Positions 55,946 to 64,000 of a stretch of 64,000 nucleotides of DNA are shown here, in pieces. A program made the translations under genes and the position numbers. The stretch lies in NCBI RefSeq assembly GCF_009914755.1, contig NC_060926.1. One strand, written 5' to 3'. The notes below the pieces were generated by a model that searched no databases, was not told the DNA's origin, and worked only from the letters and a program-made list of their open reading frames with translations. Source of the stretch: the human T2T-CHM13v2.0 reference genome, Homo sapiens. Within the stretch, counting starts at the first letter, position 1; each line of letters opens with the position of its first letter.

Positions 55946-57072
55946 AAGGACACCCCAGAGTGGGCCATAGGGACCCGCAGGGTATGGGCCTGGAGGTGCC
56001 TGGTGGAGGCATTTTGAGCCGTTTGCCTTTTTAGCATTTCTTTAAATTGTATCTTAAAGGTGGGAATCAAGTGTTAGGTGTTAATATTTTTACTCCACTA
56101 AGGGCTAGAAATACTCATAAGCCAGTGGGTAGCCTTTGGGAAACCCATGAAAACTGGGGACCAGAATATGGCCCAGTACATTACACACCCGGATTACGGG
56201 CACCTTTTCCGTTTACGCTATGGCAGCAACCCCTGGCCTATCATGTGCCATTAATGGATGTGAAAAGCAGAAATTAGAACAAGGCATCATTGAAGGAAAG
56301 ATTGTCAATACATAGTGTTAAAAAGGGATGGGCAAATTTAAAACCCAAGGCCAAATCTTTAAAGGGTGGTTTTTCTCTCTGGGTTTTTGTTTTTGTTTTG
56401 TTTCCGTGGGATATTTTTGTCTGGGCCACTGTGTAAATGTTTGATAACCCTGAGGTGGCAGTGGGTTAGCGTGTTGGTCTTGTGTAGACTGCCTTATAAC
56501 AGGCGACACAGATTTTCTCAGTACCAGAGAGATGGGAGAGGACATTTGAGGTAGGGAAGCATGGAGTAACCTTTACTTGTAGGCCAAATATAATTTAAAT
56601 TTTCTACATCTGCTTGTTGAAAGTTTTGTTTTGTTTTGTTTTTTGAGGTCCTTAAAGGTTTAGGAAGCACTTCATGCTCGTTATTTATTCAGTTTTCCAA
56701 AACTCTTCAGAGACATGACCAAGTTGCACAGCCCCGTTTTAAAGTAGAGGAAAGGGAGGTTGAGAGAGGTGGAATGACCAGTTTAGGGTCACACCTAGGG
56801 TACTTGCAAATACCATCTGTACTTCTCATGTGCCCTATCCTTGTTGCAGATTCTCATTAGATGGTTCACTGTTAACAAACTAAATGCTGATGATGCAGTT
56901 TCCTGGACTGCAGACGTTTGCTGGCTTATTTACCTATAGGACTATCAGTCGTTAGTAAATTTCCAGGTTCCTTGTATACTAATTCCTTTCCCAAAGAGGA
57001 AGTTGATATAAGGTGTATTCATTTCTCTCTGCCTCAGGTTCCTTATTCAAAAAATGAGTTTAAAATTTACTT

Positions 57073-57373
57073 GGCCAGGCACAGTGGCTGTAATCCCAGC
57101 ACTTTGGGAGGCCGAGGCAGGCAGATTGCATGAGCTCAGGGGTTCCAGACCAGCCTGCTCAACAGGGCGAAACCCCATCTCTACTAAAAATACAAAAATT
57201 AGCTGGGCTGGTGGCGCACGCCTGTAATCATAGCTACTTGAGAGGCTGAGGCACGAGAATCACTTGAACCCAGGAGGTGGAGGTTGCATTGAGCCAAGAT
57301 TGTGCCACTGCACTTCATCCTGGGCGACAGAGCGAGACTCTGTCTCAAAAAAATAAAAAAATAAATAAAAAAA
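57073..57373 (+). mobile_element. Alu (AluS-like)
   Basis: Sense Alu consensus with A-tail. Confidence 0.92.
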
Positions 57374-59515
57374 GCTGTGTTAACAAGATGCCTGGCACAA
57401 GGTAAGTGCTTAATAAATGTTAGCCATTATTATTATCAGGTGGACAAATAATCCGAGTAGAAAGTAGAACAAGCTAACCCTGGATATTTACAAAAAACAG
57501 TAGAGAAAAAATTAGGCAATAATTAAGCAAATTTATCCTGTTTAGAGGGAATGGTATGAACTGGATTGCCAAAGCAAAGATCAATGCATGGGCAATTCCA
57601 TGTGAGCTCATTTAAATCCATTTGGCCCAAAGAATTCAGTTGCTTCCTTCCTTTCCAAACACCCCTGCTTCTAGTCACATCAATACCTCTTCTATATTCG
57701 GACAGTAACAGATTTTTCTTACTGCTGCTTGTCCTTTCAGTTTTGTTCTTATTTTTCCTTCACCCACTTTCATATCAGCTTGCCAGCTTCCCCTTTACTC
57801 AGTGCGTCATGAGCTTCATAAACACAGCATAGTGCTAGATATACAGGCAAAACCCCATTGTAGTGTTGGATACTGAGCTGAGGTAATTCCGGTCATGTTC
57901 TCTGAGATCAGAATATAGAGTCCTTTGACCATAGCGTATTTGTCAATGCCACAGGGAGTTGAAAAGTTGAAGATCCTACAAAGCAATATGATAAAGCCCA
58001 GTCTTTGGTGATTTTCTGGGGAGCGTTTAGTTGACAGTGATTCTATAAATTGGTCTAATCTTTTTGGAAAGTAGCAGTATGTGGCAAAGATTTTGATTTT
58101 GGAATCACACTTTTCAAAACAATCTGATAAACTTTGTTGTGTCAGTAGGGTAGAGTACTCCATAGCAAGTAAACATGCTTCCACAAGCTGAATCCCATCC
58201 TCCCATCCAAGGAAAATTTGAACCATTTTGATCCATGGAAATATGCTTTAAAATGTGACTTAACTGAAAAGTTGAAATGGTGTGTACACAGCAATCATAG
58301 TGTTGTAAAAATACATGAGGAGGTGAACAGGATCAGGAGGGTAGTTAGAGTGTTGTAAGTGGTTTTATTTTAAGAGTCATGAATTGTTTTCCCCTAAACT
58401 GGTGTTTTAGCTTATTGCCATTTTAAAATTCAAAAACAAAAAGGCCCTATAATGTTGTAGGATGCAGTGATGAATCTTGCTTAATCCCATCTTTCCCCTT
58501 CCCCGCCCATCCTCCTGATTGCTTCCCAAAATGAAAATGTGGTCATGTCCTATCCCAGCTGCAAAACCTACTTTGGTATGAGATTCCAACCAGTTGGCCC
58601 ACTAGAGCTCGCGCAGCACAACCCCAGGCCACCTCCCCACCTCCCCTCGGGTGTCTCAGCCCAACTATACTCATCCTTTCCCAGCTGCTCCTGCAGTTTC
58701 TATGTAGTCCTCTGCCTGTGCACACACTATGTCCTTTGTCCACCTGGTCTCCTGTTCCCCTGTGAGGAAAGCTGCTCCAGGTCAGGCTAGCCAGCGGTGC
58801 TGCCTCTTTCTTTCTGCTCTCTCTGTGACTGCAGTGGGCAGGTAGTACTGGTTACTTTCTCAGTCGTCTCCCTTTCTGAATTAAACTTCTGTATCTTTGT
58901 GTGCTCTGTGCACACCATGCAATCACGATGGGGTTGAGGCCGCTTGTGGAGCTGAGTGACTGCTAACAAATCACTAACCTTTCTGAGCCTGAGTTCCTTG
59001 ATGCCAGCTGCACATGGTTATTGTGAGGATTAAATGAGATGACATAAGCGAAGGGCTTGACATGCATCTCCTTGCAGTGGTGGTCATACAGGACACGGTA
59101 GCTGTTGTAATGTGTACCAGTGCATTTTTGAGGCCTTGTCTTGGACCTTGTCCTCTTGATGAAGCCTCCTCCCTGTCTCCCTCCAGCTGCCAACTTCCTC
59201 TCTACCACCCTCACTTTACTCACTCCAAGGCACTTAAATCACCATTTAATATATATTAGGTACTCTCTTCTTTGTATTTGTCCACTATATAGGGGGGAAT
59301 TTTTCTCTCTTAGGAACTCCTGTATCCCTAAGCATTTAGACTTGCCTGAAACAGAATAGAGCTCAATAAATATTTGAATGAATTAATCAGATTTCTTCTG
59401 AGGCAGAGGTAGATGCCAGGTTTTATGGAGCTTGAAGGTATACAATTTGGGGGAAGGGGAGAACTCTTTAAGAGAAAGAATGCAAAGTTACAAATAAAAA
59501 CTAATTTAGAAAGTG

Positions 59516-59939
<424 letters not shown>

Positions 59940-61002
59940 CTAACACACCTGTGTAATATTTCTTCCTTTGGCTGTGTACTTTTTAATCACATTTTCATAT
60001 GACAGGATATAGAAAGAACTCAGTGATTCCTCTAGCACAGTAGATAAATTTTTATTGTTGATAGGGTACATAAAACTTATGGTTTCACATAGACGTATTT
60101 GCTGTTTCTAGTACTGCTACAGGTTGGTGTCCCAGAAAAACAGGTGTTCAGGTAAATCCTGTTTCGCACAATTCCATTCAAAAAAGAAAAAAAAAAAAAA
60201 CACACATCTTAGGCACACAGAATTGTACTGCTATATTGATTATTTTTCTGGTAACTGATCTATTCGCTTATATTTTAGCACGTCTGATGGTAAATTCCCC
60301 ACAAACAAGCAACTGGCTCCCTCCATTTCAAACCATGTTTCCTTTCCACTGCCCACACACTTCCCTGAGTCAGACCCCATTGGACCTATTCACATTGCCA
60401 CAGGATCCCTGGCCCTTCACCTTTATTTCATAAAAGCCCTGGTGAACCAGCACAGTGGGTGATAGTATTTCTAGAAGGAATACCCGCATTGAGATTGCTG
60501 GTAATCACCTAGGTTTGCATAGTAGAAGTAACTGTAAACAGCATAAATGTGTCCTGTTAAACCCAAACTAAGTGTCTTTCTCCAACTTAATGTACCCTTA
60601 CGTGGATCTCAAAAATGCCAGCAGCACCTCCCAAGCTACCTGACATGAAGGGGAAGAGGAACAGAGGCAGAGTTGCAGTGGGAAAAGGCAGTAGTCTTAA
60701 TTTATTGCAATTAGAATATTTTGGGGGTAAATTTTACAAAAGTGTATGACCATAGGGACACTCTGCTTAGGGCCTTTCTCGGGACCTTGGAAGGAGTTGG
60801 TGCAAGTGAGGGCCCAGAAACCTGAGCCAGACTAGCTCTATAGTCAAACTGCTTTAGTGGGGGTAGTTTCCTGGTCCCTGGCTTGATGCCAGATAACCCA
60901 GTAGGGGAATGTGAGGTGAAGGTGCTAAGTGAATCTTCCAGGAGCTAGTGGGAATGTGTTTGTGAAGGAGGAACTACTTTTAGAAATTGTTTAAATTACT
61001 AG

Positions 61003-61783
<781 letters not shown>

Positions 61784-63128
61784 TTAATTGAACTATTTTT
61801 GAAAGAAGAGCAAATACAACTCTAAGGGGAAAGACAGTTATTCCAGCTTTCTCTTGGAAGGTAAGTAATGGCATACTGTAGGTAGCCCCTATCAGTTAAG
61901 ACTTTTAAAGCTGGTAGTACTTCTGCAGGATTCTGCAGAGAAACCATCTGACTTCAAAGATAATGTATACTCGTCACTGTAGGTGATTTGACAAATACAG
62001 AAAATTAGGAAGAAGGAAATAAAAATCAATCCTCTTACCCCTCCCAATGATAACCACTATAAATGTATTTTAAAATGCATGGATGTGGAGCTGTGGTTCT
62101 GGGAGGTGGAGGGAGCATACTCCATCTTGCCTCTCCCACTGTCTGTGGCTGTAAGACCTGGACATGTGCATGGAGCAGCTGTTGAGGACTCCGACAAGTA
62201 AACGGTAACAGGCGGATGGGAGAGAAGGCCAGAATTTGAAGCACCACTTTGCACCAGTAGTGAGTTTCTTGTCTTCCCTTCAGCATCCCCTGCCCTGGAC
62301 TCTGGCTGTCCAAAACCTGAAGGCAGGTACCCAGTATGAACAGGGAGAGCTACAGAGTAGTTTTGTAGTTGGGCCCCAAGACAGAAAGTGGGAGAAAGCC
62401 ATTATTTTTTTCCCTCTTGCTTCCTCTCCTCCACTCAGCCCTGCAGTGGCAGGAGTGTGTGAACACCTAAAACTCTTAGGGAATGGGGAAAACCCCAGTT
62501 GCCTTTTTATTCTCTTCCCTCCTGCAGCTCAGTCCCAGGCAAGATGCAGGCACAAGAATAGCATGGCTAAACGGAGTAATTAAAGCCGTAGGTTTCTGGT
62601 TGGAGTCTGAAAAGGGGAGCCCAGGTCACTGGAAGGGATACTAGGGAGATTCCAGAGAGGGAATTGCTCAGGAAAGCGACCCCATGAAGTTGTTAGTTAA
62701 CTTATAGGCTCAACACTGAGCTATGCACGCGTGATGTGAGCCAGAACAGGTTGCCAAAGACGGAACTCGGCTATGGGATAGACCATCGCCTGGAAGGCAG
62801 GCTGGCCACCAAGCAAGTAGGGACCGCAGGACATTGCTGAGGAGCACTGCAAAGGCTTTGAAAGTGAAAGTGACACTGATACCATGTTCTACAGAAGGCT
62901 GGTCAGGACCTGGGGACTGAATCCAGCCAGGCCAGTGCCTGCTCAACAAAATACCAGCATTCCCCATAGGATTTAAACAAGATCAAGAGTCTCTAAGAGT
63001 GTGATGTTAAAAATGTCCAGGATACAATGCAAAATTTACTCAGCATGTGAAGAACCAGGAAAATAACTCGTGAAAAAAGACACAGGCTAAAGCTGAGGTG
63101 GTGCCTATGTTGGAATTATCTGATAGAC

Positions 63129-63707
63129 TGTGGTCTGCAGATTTGTGGCCTCCATGAGCTTGACCTCCTAGTGTTTATCCTGGGAGTATGTGACTGATTT
63201 GGCAAAAGCACATTGCAGATGTAATGAAGGGTACGAATCAACTAGCCTGGATTCGTTGTCTAGATTATCCAGGTGGGCCTTAGGTAATTATATGAGCCTT
63301 TAAAAGCAGGGATCTTCCTCCAGCTGGTAGCAGATGGGGAAGGCAGAGAGACTGGAAGTATAAGAAGTTTTCAACGTAACATTTCTGGCATGGAAGATGG
63401 AAGGGGCCATGAGCCAAGGAATGAGAATGACAAACAGCTGACAGCCAGCAAGAACTAAGAACCTCAGTCCTCTACCCACACAGACTTGAATGAGCCTGTA
63501 AGTGTATTCTCCCCCAAGGAAATCCACATAAGACCCCAGGTCAGCTGACACCTTGACTTAGACCTTTTGAGACCCTAAGCAGAGAATTCTGGTGAGTTAC
63601 ATTACACTCAAACTTCTAACCCGTAGACACTGTGAGATAATAAAAGGCTGTTATTTTAAGCTGCTAAGTTTGTGGAAATTTGTTAAGGCTACAGTTAAAA
63701 AATAAAT
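63129..63707 (+). mobile_element. MLT1 (MaLR) LTR inserted in old L1-like sequence
   Basis: TTGCAGATGTAAT, GATTATCCAGGTGGGCC, CAGCCAGCAAGAA and TTTTAAGCTGCTAAGTTTGTGG motifs. Confidence 0.8.
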
Positions 63708-64000
63708 AAAACTTTATAAAGCCCCTATTATTAAAATAGTCCAAGAAGTAAAGCTACTCTTGAAACAGATGGAAATATAGAAAGTCTTGGCAAGAAAACA
63801 GAAGATATAAAGAAGTGGGAATTTTAGTGAAAAATACAATAACTGAAATAAAATGGATGAAAGAGTGAATTCATAATGCATGGATTTACAGTTCTTTAAA
63901 TCAGTTTTTTGTTTGTTTTTAATCTTTTTAATACTTTTCATTTTTTCTTGACAACTATTCCTTCACAGTCATTTTTAATATATCTTTTCTGCTCTACATC

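Larger units (their letters stand above)
54060..55990 (+). promoter_or_regulatory. CpG island / FARP2 promoter
   Basis: High CpG density; CCAAT at 55302-55306 and 55370-55374; GGGGCGGGG boxes at about 55396-55415. Confidence 0.85.

Noticed and set aside
55179-56070. ORFs of 237, 221 and 123 aa at the FARP2 promoter
   Set aside because: GC-rich and tandem-repeat artefacts overlapping on both strands
61847-61866. Strong donor AAG|GTAAGT in FARP2 intron 1, a possible 14-nt exon
   Set aside because: Upstream AG lacks a polypyrimidine tract; isolated consensus donors are common in introns

Overview
This is primate (very probably human) genomic DNA with about 40 Alus. I recognise it as the HDLBP-SEPTIN2-FARP2 locus (2q37.3, from recalled synteny). 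Left to right: (i) about 14 kb of repeat-rich first intron of minus-strand HDLBP; (ii) a CpG-island bidirectional promoter (about 13.9-15.65 kb) where HDLBP and SEPTIN2 first exons overlap; (iii) the complete SEPTIN2 gene on +, whose 11 coding exons splice by hand with GT-AG ends into a 1086-nt ORF (361 aa + stop), followed by a non-coding last exon ending near 52.9 kb; (iv) a GC-rich 37-bp minisatellite and CpG island driving non-coding exon 1 and intron 1 of FARP2. SEPTIN2 is identified from its translated sequence. HDLBP and FARP2 have no coding sequence here, so those names rest on recall of the locus. I found no evidence for a wholly new biological system. The best leads are regulatory: a GC-box/G4 VNTR with a visible 370-bp higher-order duplication, an in-frame 30-nt microexon beside septin switch I, a GC-AG N-terminal extension, a tandem-donor uORF switch, a TCT/TOP-like HDLBP start with stacked uORFs, an Alu-flanked two-exon circRNA candidate, and a solo LTR with p53-like decamers. 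Exon boundaries were counted base by base; repeat boundaries and subfamilies are approximate by-eye calls.
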